Source: an uncultured Methanomassiliicoccales archaeon (GTDB taxonomy: Archaea; Thermoplasmatota; Thermoplasmata; Methanomassiliicoccales; UBA472). From it: DNA of 64,000 nucleotides. Where the stretch lies: positions 2,176,001-2,240,000 of the forward strand of contig OY968769.1 of the NCBI GenBank assembly GCA_963695345.1. Direction: 5' to 3'. The position numbers were made by a program, and so were the translations under genes. Shown here piece after piece: positions 54,996 to 64,000 of the stretch. Each line of letters begins with the position of its first letter. The stretch's first letter is position 1. Under the pieces are notes generated by a model. That model did no database searches. It saw nothing but the letters and a program-made list of their open reading frames with translations, and was not told the DNA's origin.

Positions 54996-55537
54996 GAATG
55001 GATTCGTTACCTTCTTATAACATGACCGGTTGCCGCGACCTCGGCATCGCGAGCGTTTCCCTCTTTTTGTTACGTCGAAAACGACGAAATGGCAGTCCGA
55101 TTGAGGACGGTTTATGTACGAACTTCCACATCGGAGCGCCTGAGTCCACATACCAAGTTTCTGTAATGATCCGTGGGTCGCACTGCCGCGGATATCTTGG
55201 AATCATGGGATCTGCCCGGCGCCGAGACTTCAGTTCTACGCCCTTTGAGCGGATGATCCGATAAGGCTTGATACTATTGTGTATAGTTCAAGCGATCCCA
55301 TTTTGACGCATCCAGATGAAAAACTATCGTCCTACCCCTGTTAACAATATGGCAGGCGATCGTGGACACCCGACCAAAATGAATGATCGTGAGCAATAAG
55401 GTACCTGGCCGTTCACCTATTTGCAATCCTTACGGGTATATACCGATATGATTCCTCTCGATTCCAGATGCCAAAAATCCACTCAATGACAAAGTTACAT
55501 CAATTAATTTATATCATCGTCATGAATAGAGAATGAC

Positions 55538-56479
55538 ATGGAGACGAAATCCATTCTCGTCACCGGCGGGACAGGTTTTATCGGGACTAACTTGGTCAAC
55601 GAGCTACGTTCCCGGGGAAACCAGGTCATTGCGTCCGATCTACTGAACTGCGAACGCGATGGCTTCATCAGGGCCGATGCCAAGAACTATAGACAGTTGG
55701 AACGCCTGTTCGAAAAGAACAAATTCGATTTTGTTTATCATCTGGCCGCGGAATACGGCCGATGGAACGGCGAAGACCACTATGAGAACCTGTGGGAGAC
55801 GAACGTCATAGGCACCAAGCACATGCTGCGCCTGCAGGAGAAGAAGAAGTTCAAGATGATCTTCTTCTCCAGCGCCGAGGTCTATGGCGACTTTTCCGGT
55901 GTCATGACCGAGGACGTCATGGAGAACACCCCGGTGAAAGAGACGTACCAGATGAACGATTACGCCATCACCAAATGGGCGGGAGAGCTGATGTGCATGA
56001 ACTCGGCCAAGATGTTCGGCACCGAGACCGTCCGGGTGCGTCCGGTCAACTGCTACGGACCCGGGGAGCACTACACCCCTTACCGTGGTTTCATTCCGAA
56101 ATTCATCTATCATTCTCTGTTCGACAAGCCGTACGTCGTGTTCCGGCAGCACAAGCGTATCATCGACTTCGTCGAGGATACCTGCAGGACGTTCGCCAAC
56201 ATCTCGGAGAACTTCATTCCCGGAGAGGTCTACAACGTCGGCGGCAAACAGGAATGGGAACGGAACATCCAGTGGTACTCGGATGCGATCTTGAAGGCGG
56301 TCGGCAAGGACGATTCAAAGGTCATCTATAAGGATGCGGAAGGCTTCACGACCGACATCAAGACGATAGACAGTAGCAAGGCCATCAAGGATCTGAGGCA
56401 CGATCCGAAGGTTACTCCCGAGGAAGGGATCAAGCGGACCGTGGACTGGATGAAATGGTATTACAGGATCGGTGTGTAA
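55538..56479 (+). CDS. NAD-dependent epimerase/dehydratase (extended SDR)
   Basis: TGGTGFIG, HLAA, SSAEVYG and YAITK. Confidence 0.92.
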   Translation: METKSILVTGGTGFIGTNLVNELRSRGNQVIASDLLNCERDGFIRADAKNYRQLERLFEKNKFDFVYHLAAEYGRWNGEDHYENLWETNVIGTKHMLRLQEKKKFKMIFFSSAEVYGDFSGVMTEDVMENTPVKETYQMNDYAITKWAGELMCMNSAKMFGTETVRVRPVNCYGPGEHYTPYRGFIPKFIYHSLFDKPYVVFRQHKRIIDFVEDTCRTFANISENFIPGEVYNVGGKQEWERNIQWYSDAILKAVGKDDSKVIYKDAEGFTTDIKTIDSSKAIKDLRHDPKVTPEEGIKRTVDWMKWYYRIGV

Positions 56480-57475
56480 ATGCACTCATTTAACGAATTC
56501 GAAGGAAGAACCATACTGGTCACAGGCGGCGCGGGATGCGTAGGGTCTAATCTGGTTCGTAGGCTCTCGGATCTGAAGGCAAAGAAGGTCATCATACTGG
56601 ACGATCTCTCATCATCCTATGAGTGGAACGTCCCCCAGGCGAAGAACGTCCACTTCGTGAAGGGCAACATCCTCGACGACGAGATGCTGCGCCGGGTCTT
56701 CAAGGAACGCCCGGAATACGTCTACCACCTGGCCGCGCACTTCGCCAACCAGAACTCGGTGGACAATCCGGAGAAGGACCTGATGGTGAACGGACTGGGC
56801 ATATTGAAGGTCCTGGAGCACGCCCAGCTGGTCGACGTGAAGAGATTCGTTTACTCTTCCTCCGGCTGCGGTGTCTACGGCCTCGAGAGCAAGCAGCCGT
56901 TCAAGGAACAGGACATCTCCATCAATCTCCACACTCCCTATCAGGTGACGAAACTGCTGGGCGAGCTGTACACCAACTACTTCCACAATCTTTACGGGAT
57001 GCCGATCGTCAACGCCCGCTTCTTCAACGTGTTCGGTCCCGGGGAGGTCCCCGGCAAGTACCGGAACGTTATCCCGAACTTCATGTACTGGTCCATGAAC
57101 GGGAAGGCCCTCCCCATCACCGGTGATGGATCGGAGACCCGGGACTGGACGTTCATCGGGGATATCGTGAACGGACTACTGGCCATGGGACTGGAGGAGA
57201 GGGCGATCGGGGAAGCGATCAACCTCGGCTCGAGCAAGGAGCACACCGTCCGCGAGATGGCCGAGATGGTCAACCGCCTGTCGGGGAACAAGGCCGGGAT
57301 CAAGTACACCGAACGCCGGGACTGGGACGTCAAGACCCGGCTGCTTTCCTGCACGGACAAGGCCCGGGACATCCTGGGGTACAAGCCCGAGACCACCTTT
57401 GAGCAGGGTCTCGAATCGGTCCACAAATGGTTCACCGATAACTGGGAAAGGATACAGAAGAGCGCGGAGTTCTAG
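56480..57475 (+). CDS. NAD-dependent epimerase/dehydratase (extended SDR)
   Basis: TGGAGCVG, HLAA, YQVTK, RFFNVFGP and GDGSETRD. Confidence 0.92.
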   Translation: MHSFNEFEGRTILVTGGAGCVGSNLVRRLSDLKAKKVIILDDLSSSYEWNVPQAKNVHFVKGNILDDEMLRRVFKERPEYVYHLAAHFANQNSVDNPEKDLMVNGLGILKVLEHAQLVDVKRFVYSSSGCGVYGLESKQPFKEQDISINLHTPYQVTKLLGELYTNYFHNLYGMPIVNARFFNVFGPGEVPGKYRNVIPNFMYWSMNGKALPITGDGSETRDWTFIGDIVNGLLAMGLEERAIGEAINLGSSKEHTVREMAEMVNRLSGNKAGIKYTERRDWDVKTRLLSCTDKARDILGYKPETTFEQGLESVHKWFTDNWERIQKSAEF

Positions 57476-57480
57476 GTAGA

Positions 57481-58671
57481 ATGCGCATCTTGGTCGTTCA
57501 AGAGTCGGACTGGCTGGACCGAGGGCCTCATCAGAGCCATCACCTCCTGGAGAGGCTGGTGCAGAGAGGTCACGAGGTTAGGGTGATCGACTACGAGATA
57601 GGCTGGAAGAAGAACGTCGGCCAAGGTGTCTATTCGTCCAGAATGGTAAAGGAAAACCAATTCAAGGTCGTCCCGCCCGGCGTCACCGTGATCCGGACGC
57701 CGATGATAAGAATGCCCTTCCTGAGCTATGTCTCGGTGGCCGTATCCCACTGGCTGGCGATAGGGAAGGAGATCCGGGACCATCGGCCGGACGTGATCGT
57801 CGGCTTCGGCCTGCTCAACGCCCGATTGGCCATCTACCTGGGCAGCCGGCAGGGGATACCGTTCGTCTATTACATCATCGATGAGCTGCATCGCCTGGTG
57901 CCCGAGGCCATGCTGCAGCCGATCGCCAAGCACATCGAGAGAAGGAACGACCAGCTTTCCTCCGAGGTGATCTCCATCAACGAGGCGCTCCGGGAGTACT
58001 GCGTGGAGATGGGCGCGGACCCAGCAAGGACGACGTTGATCCGGGCCGGGGTGGACTTTAAAAGGTTCGCGGAAGCCGACGGAACAGAGGTCCGCAAACG
58101 CTACGGGTTCACCGAGGACGACACGGTGATGTTCTTCATGGGCTGGCTCTACGATTTCTCGGGGCTTGACGAGGTGGCGCTGGAAATGGCCAAGTCCGGG
58201 AACAAGAACCTGAAGATGCTGGTCCTGGGCAAAGGGGAACTGTGGGACCGCCTTCAGGAGATCAAGGTGAAGGAAGGCCTGGGCGACCGTCTGATCCTGG
58301 AAGGCTGGAAGCCGTACACCGAGATCCCGGAATACCTGGCGGCGGCGGATATCTGCGTTCTTCCGGCCAAGAAGATCAAGATCATGGAGAACATCGTCCC
58401 GATCAAGATGTACGAGTACATGGCGGCCGGGAAGGTCGTTTTCGCCACGGACCTGCCGGGGATCCGGAAGGAGTTCCGCGAAGGCAATGGCGTGATCTAC
58501 ATCAATCAGTCGCGGGAGTCGGTGCCCCTGGCAGAGGACCTGATCTCCAGGTCCGCGGTGAGATCCGAAGGTCTGAAAAGCCAATCCTACGTCAAATCGA
58601 ATGATTGGAAGATCATGACCGACGAGTTCGAACATCTGTTGCAAGAAGTGATAGGCTCCAAGAAAAAATGA
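57481..58671 (+). CDS. Glycosyltransferase family 4
   Basis: GVD, FMGWLYDFSG and PIKMYEYMAAGK. Confidence 0.9.
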   Translation: MRILVVQESDWLDRGPHQSHHLLERLVQRGHEVRVIDYEIGWKKNVGQGVYSSRMVKENQFKVVPPGVTVIRTPMIRMPFLSYVSVAVSHWLAIGKEIRDHRPDVIVGFGLLNARLAIYLGSRQGIPFVYYIIDELHRLVPEAMLQPIAKHIERRNDQLSSEVISINEALREYCVEMGADPARTTLIRAGVDFKRFAEADGTEVRKRYGFTEDDTVMFFMGWLYDFSGLDEVALEMAKSGNKNLKMLVLGKGELWDRLQEIKVKEGLGDRLILEGWKPYTEIPEYLAAADICVLPAKKIKIMENIVPIKMYEYMAAGKVVFATDLPGIRKEFREGNGVIYINQSRESVPLAEDLISRSAVRSEGLKSQSYVKSNDWKIMTDEFEHLLQEVIGSKKK

Positions 58672-58723
58672 GCCTAACGTCGCAATGGACGGGCGAATTC
58701 CCGAAACCTCTCTTTTCAATTAA

Positions 58724-59900
58724 TCATCGTTTTTCGAACAGCCCAAGGTATGTCCTTGCCACTATGTCCAAGGTGAATCGATCCTCCACGATCTCCCTGG
58801 ATTTCCGTCCCATGGATTTCATTGACGGATTCCTCAGCAATTCCTCGATGCTGCCTGCAATCTGATCGATATTGCCTGGCTCGACGAGTTTCCCGTTCAC
58901 TCCGTCCTTGACGACATGGTTCGCCGCCCCGACATTGGTCGCGATGATCGGCAGTCCGGCCGCCGCATATTCCAGAAGGTTGTACGCGAACTGTTCCATG
59001 TATGAAGAGGAGATGCCGATATCGCACATCCTCAGGATCTTGGGGATCGCGCTGGCATCCTGTCTTCCCAGGAGCAATACGGAATCCTGAAGTCCCATCT
59101 CTTTGACCTTGGAGGTTATTACCTCATATCTTGGTCCGTTTCCGATCAGGACCAACACCGGGTCCATGCCATCGTCCTTGACCTTCTTGAGCGCCAGCAA
59201 GAGGTCGTCGTGGCCTTTCTCCAATAGCATGAACGCAGAGTACACTATCTTGGGCCTCTTCGGATCGAGACCCGCGAACTTCTTCATCACATCATCTGGT
59301 AATACGACATTTTCGGACAGGCGGTCAAATACGGCATAGTCTAGCCCATTCGGTACCTGTTCGACCTTGTTCTTGCCGAGCGGCAGGCGCGACACAAACT
59401 CCCTGGAGGTGTCATTGAGGCAAATGATCCTGTCCAGCAGCAGAACGGACATGAAGATCATGATGCGGCCCGAGGTGGACTTGAAGACGTAGGATGAATT
59501 ATAGGTCAACAATAGTTTCGGCCGGTTCCTCATTCCAAAGCACGCGAGGAAGGCTGTCAGGCCTTGTCTGAATCCGCTGCAGAGGATCGCTTTGGTTCTG
59601 TGACTTCTTCATGAATCGTCTCAGACTGCCAGCGTTCTCGATCTCATTGATCAGGTTCTCATCCGCTCTGGAGGCATCGAAGATCTCTACGTCAACGTCC
59701 CCCTCGCGCAACTTATCGATCAATCCCGGGATCTGTTCCGTATGGGGCCCAAAGGCGAATATCCTCCAGCCCGCCTTCCTCATCGCAATGCTGAGATTGC
59801 AGAGGTGATAGGCGAAACCCATATTCTGTGAATATGCCAAAACAATGGCCGAATTGTCTGGTTTTCCCTGTTCCACGATCTTCCCCCGGTCTTGGGCCAT
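58724..59900 (-). CDS. Glycosyltransferase family 4 (frameshift near 59600)
   Basis: The N-terminal half in 59499-59939 joins through KK/HRTKAILCSG to PNGLD, EKG and EQFAYNLLEYAAAGLP. Confidence 0.83.
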
Positions 59901-60175
59901 CGGAAACGAATCGACTCGATGTATTAAAAGCTGAAGCATCGAAATGCAAATGACAAGAGTTCAAGACTGTCATGAGATAGTTCTGACATCCATTGTGTTA
60001 AAAGCCGTTTAGAAGATTAGATGTCTATTCGAACTCATTTTGCGATGGAGGCGCACAAGAAAATGACACAATGGCCTCATCGTTTTTCTTTGCAGGACCA
60101 CATGTGTCTTTCCTACAATATCAGACATCCTGATGATAACTAAAATATGCTACCGTACGATTAAGGAACGAGAGA

Positions 60176-61171
60176 ATGAGCGCAAAAGAATCGTATATCG
60201 AGTTCACCAGGACTGAGGAGCAATTGCCCATTTTTTCAAAAAGCTGGTGGCTCGACGCCGTTTGCGGTAATGATCTGACCTGGGACGCGATAATGGCGAC
60301 GGACGAGGACATGAATATGGTCACCTTCCCATATTGTTGTACGAAGAACCGTTTCGGTCCAACGACCATAATAATGCCCGGGCTGACGCAATTGCTAGGG
60401 CCCTATTTCAAGATCAAAGAGAACACAAAAATGTCCAAGATCCAGGGGATCAAGAAAGAACTGTGTTACTCGGTGATCGACCAGCTTCCCAAGTTCAAAT
60501 ATTTTGATATGAAATTCCACAGGAATTTCACGAATTGGCAACCATTCTATTGGAAGGGATTCGAACAGACGACGAAATACTCCAGCCGCATCCAGAAGGA
60601 TCTACCGGTAGATCAGGTGTTCAACGGCATAAATAAACGCCTGAAGGTCTACATCAGAAAGAACGAGAACAATATGAAGATCGAGGTGGGCAATGACATC
60701 TCTGATATCTGGGATATCAGCAGGGATACCTTTGACCGAAAGGAAAACACCGTCCCGTACAGTCTGGAGTTCCTGAAGCGCATGGATTCCGCGTGCAAGG
60801 AGCATGATTGCAGAAAGATCCTGATCGCGAAGAACGAATCCGGCAATATCATGGCCTTCACCTATACTATCTGGGACAGTGAGGATGTTTATCTGTTGCT
60901 GGGCGGACGAGATCCAGAATATGACAAGAACAATGTGAAGGCCAATCTAGTGTGGGAATCCATAAAGATGGCGCTCTCCATGGGTAAGAACTTCGATTTC
61001 GAGGGAAGCATGCTGGAGGGGGTTCAGGGCAACAATAACCTTTTCGGCTGTACCGTCGAACCATATTCATCCATCAGGAAATCAATTCTAACTTCATATG
61101 ATCAAACGATCCAATATGCCGTTAAGAAATTGCTACCCATCCCGGTCAATAGCATGAAAGCAAGGGATTGA
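60176..61171 (+). CDS. GNAT/FemAB-like glycan-modifying protein
   Basis: PIFSKSWWLDAVC, LTQLLGP, WQPFYWKGF and FDFEGSM. Confidence 0.8.
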   Translation: MSAKESYIEFTRTEEQLPIFSKSWWLDAVCGNDLTWDAIMATDEDMNMVTFPYCCTKNRFGPTTIIMPGLTQLLGPYFKIKENTKMSKIQGIKKELCYSVIDQLPKFKYFDMKFHRNFTNWQPFYWKGFEQTTKYSSRIQKDLPVDQVFNGINKRLKVYIRKNENNMKIEVGNDISDIWDISRDTFDRKENTVPYSLEFLKRMDSACKEHDCRKILIAKNESGNIMAFTYTIWDSEDVYLLLGGRDPEYDKNNVKANLVWESIKMALSMGKNFDFEGSMLEGVQGNNNLFGCTVEPYSSIRKSILTSYDQTIQYAVKKLLPIPVNSMKARD

Positions 61172-61431
61172 TAGGAAAATGGGTTCCGCGACATCATCCT
61201 ATCGTAATATCGATAACGCCGGAGGATAGGCGGCGAAGGTCCTCGTCCAAACAAGGAACGTCTATTCGGTCCAATCAGGCTGGACCGACATATCTTCCTA
61301 AAGACGTTGGGAAACCCAAATATTGCCCGATCAAGGACCGCATCGGGACGGAAGCATTTCAACGATCCTTCTGAAGGATCGAGAAGCGGCGATTCAGTCA
61401 TCGTTCTACTGTCTTGATTGAGGATATCGAT

Positions 61432-63373
61432 TCAACGCTGGATGACATATGATTGAACGGCGCCGTCATCGTATATCCTTTCCTCAGGGTTCAACTGCAA
61501 TATTATATTTGATGTTGAATTGTTAATATCGATCTTGTAGCTGTAGAGCACATTCTTTACCGAGCTGAATAGCAACATACCTCTGTTCTCGAGCTCGCCC
61601 GATCTCAGTATCACATAACCGCTGCCGATATAGGTGATGTTACCGCCAGTCAGGATCCTGGTGGAATAATCGCTCAAATGGTACAGATCGCGGACCGTAT
61701 AGTCATCTGAATAAAGTGGCTGAGAGTAGTTGCCAAAGGTCGCGACGCTGCCGAAGGCGGTAATTTCCTGAGCGTTGAAATAATCAGAGCTGGTCTCCTC
61801 ATTCCATGGCAAAGATGTGTCCTTAATGGCGCCCGTCATGGCAAAGAAGCTGCTAACTGAGATGATTGCCAATATCATGACTACGGAGATCACTGGGCGG
61901 ACCGATGCTTTGATCAGGGATTTGTTCCCTACGACGAAATACATTATGCCATAGCCCAGGATGATGGCGACGAACGGAGTAACCATCAGAGGGAGCCTGT
62001 AGGTCAACAGAACCCCCGATCCTGGAAGGATCTGAAGGACCCCTGGTATGAACATGGGCAAGAATATCAGGCCGGCCAAGGCAAAGACGTACTCCTTGGA
62101 ATGGCCTTTCCGACCTTTCTTCAAGATGGACCATGCTCCGATCAGGACGAAGAATACCACGAATATGAAAAACAAATTTCGAAGAATGATTAAGAAGGTC
62201 GCCTCCGGAACCTGCAGAGACCGATCCAGTGTCCTGGAACAATGGACTCAGATAGTACGTCAGCAGCAGTCTTGTGGTATCATAGGATGCAAAGAACAGA
62301 TACGCGATTATCGTGATGGTGAACAGGATAAGGAACGTACTCGAAATGCGGGATGCCTCTTCCTTTTTTCCCAATGTCATCCTCTGGATCAAGTAGACCA
62401 CGAACAATATCGGGATAACATAGACCACTGTCACCAGATGTGTGAAGATCAAGACCCAGCTCATTATTATTGTCAATAACGTAAAAATAAATCTATTGTT
62501 TTCGGTCTTGTTGAAGATCAGATATAGAATGAGGATGAAGAATATGAAAGCCAGAGACCTAGTGATGGTATAGCTGCTGTAGAATATGATCTCGGGACTT
62601 ATGGCGAAAAGAAGGGCTATCAAGAGTCCGATGGTCGTGGAATTGAAGATCTTGCTTGAGATCAGATAGGCCAGGAAGATCCCGGTCAGCCAAGCCAATG
62701 CCATAAGAATGAACAGGGCGGGGCCGATCTCCAGGCCGGTCAACAGGACCCCTTCCGAGATCAAGATGTGGAAGATAGGGAAATTGATGTAGGTCAACGG
62801 AAGACCGTTGATATTTCCGTCGTTCAGTACCGCGGAAATAAAGTGCATATGGGACAGGGTATCCGTGAATCCAAAATACAGGGAATATTTCAGGGTAAGG
62901 CTCCACGCAAGAGTCAGCGAAAGGGCGCAGATTTCAGCCAGGACGACCTTACGGCTTATGGACGTGTTCGAGATCATGATCTGTAACACGGTAACGAGAC
63001 AGATCGCTGTCAATAATACGAAAAATATTACATTCCTGGAATCGAACGATAATAGGGCAACAATGCTCCACAGGAATAGAATGGCATTGAGCAATACTAG
63101 GTGGCCAAGACTTACGCGTTCACGTATCACGGCCATTATTCTTCCAAAATTGTACGTTTGGTTATTGTTGGCGTCGACCTTCCTGAGCAGGTATAGGCCC
63201 GCTAGGGCCATGGGGACGAAGATCACAGAACTGCGCAGTGTGAAATCTATGCTCTGAAAGATAACCAACTGGACCGTGAATCCGATCAAAGAGAAAATCA
63301 GAAGCAGGTATGGAAAGTAGTCAATGATTTTTCTCGTTGTGGATGATTCAAGAAATGACTCTTCGGATTTCAT
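61432..63373 (-). CDS. Large polytopic membrane protein (GT-C/polymerase-like; frameshift near 62200)
   Basis: GFTDTLSH...YINFPIFH loop, many TM helices, and C-terminal LRSGELxxRG, matching IRDGELASRG in 38923-40800. Confidence 0.68.
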
Positions 63374-64000
63374 ATGGGCCTAATTGGGAATACGAATCTC
63401 ATTATTCAAGTTATCTCCATTAAAAACGGTTTTGTCTATTTAAAGGCCGACCTAGCCAAACGCGCTGCCAGACAGTAATTTTAACGATAGCAACTAGGTA
63501 GAATGCCGATATGATGGATGTTCTCCTTGAACATCCTATACGTGACCCTCTTGCTCTGGCCGGTCAAGGCAAGGTCAGGTCGTTACCCACCTGGATGCCC
63601 CCAATCTAGAAAAGACGGTTTCATTGCGCACAATATTATTATTGCTTCCAGATATCCCATCCCTCGGCACGAGGCTATCTCAATTCAAGGTCTTTGTCGG
63701 ACAAGACTTTGGGCTCTGGATGGAGTCTATTCATGCCGAGACATAATTATTATTTGCCATTTATGATTAAGAGTCGGATGGTTCTATAGAACCATTCACT
63801 TGGAATTATTGCGAACTAACAAGAATATTTAAATAGTAAATTTTGATTATTATGGTTCCAGTGGACAATATGGAAATTGATCACCCATTCTCAATTCAAT
63901 CTGGATGGGTGGACATCACACCAAAAATAGCGGTTCCATTGGCTGGATCGCATTTTCCTAACTCCAATTTCGATTCCATAATGGCTCCCATAGAAGCTAA

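Noticed and set aside
1-64000. tRNA, rRNA, CRISPR array, integrase or transposase
   Set aside because: None recognised by eye. A tRNAscan/Infernal run would be needed to exclude small RNAs.

Overview
This is a GC-rich archaeal window, probably from a methylotrophic methanogen such as a Methanomassiliicoccales member. That assignment is inferred from an MtaA-family methyltransferase, TATA-type promoters and DUF1616/DUF2206/DUF354-like genes. The left part holds signalling and housekeeping genes: two histidine kinases, a response regulator, EamA, PAP2, USP, an AAA+TPR protein and MtaA. Most of 3.8-63.4 kb is a large surface-glycan region with two Wzx-like flippases, nucleotide-sugar enzymes, nine glycosyltransferases, acetyl/aminoacyl modifiers, three large polytopic membrane proteins and three secreted beta-helix proteins, plus an AT-rich block at about 38.7-47 kb. 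The main unexplained signal is a ~600-bp cassette present twice (34700-35283 on +, 54355-54995 on -), each time ahead of a secreted beta-helix gene. Each copy has spaced promoter boxes, a ~250-nt leader with four hairpins whose pairing is preserved between copies, and a small peptide ORF that shows synonymous divergence and overlaps the downstream start codon. At least nine genes are split by net +1 frameshifts, most likely assembly errors. All family assignments come from motif recognition by eye; no database searches were run.
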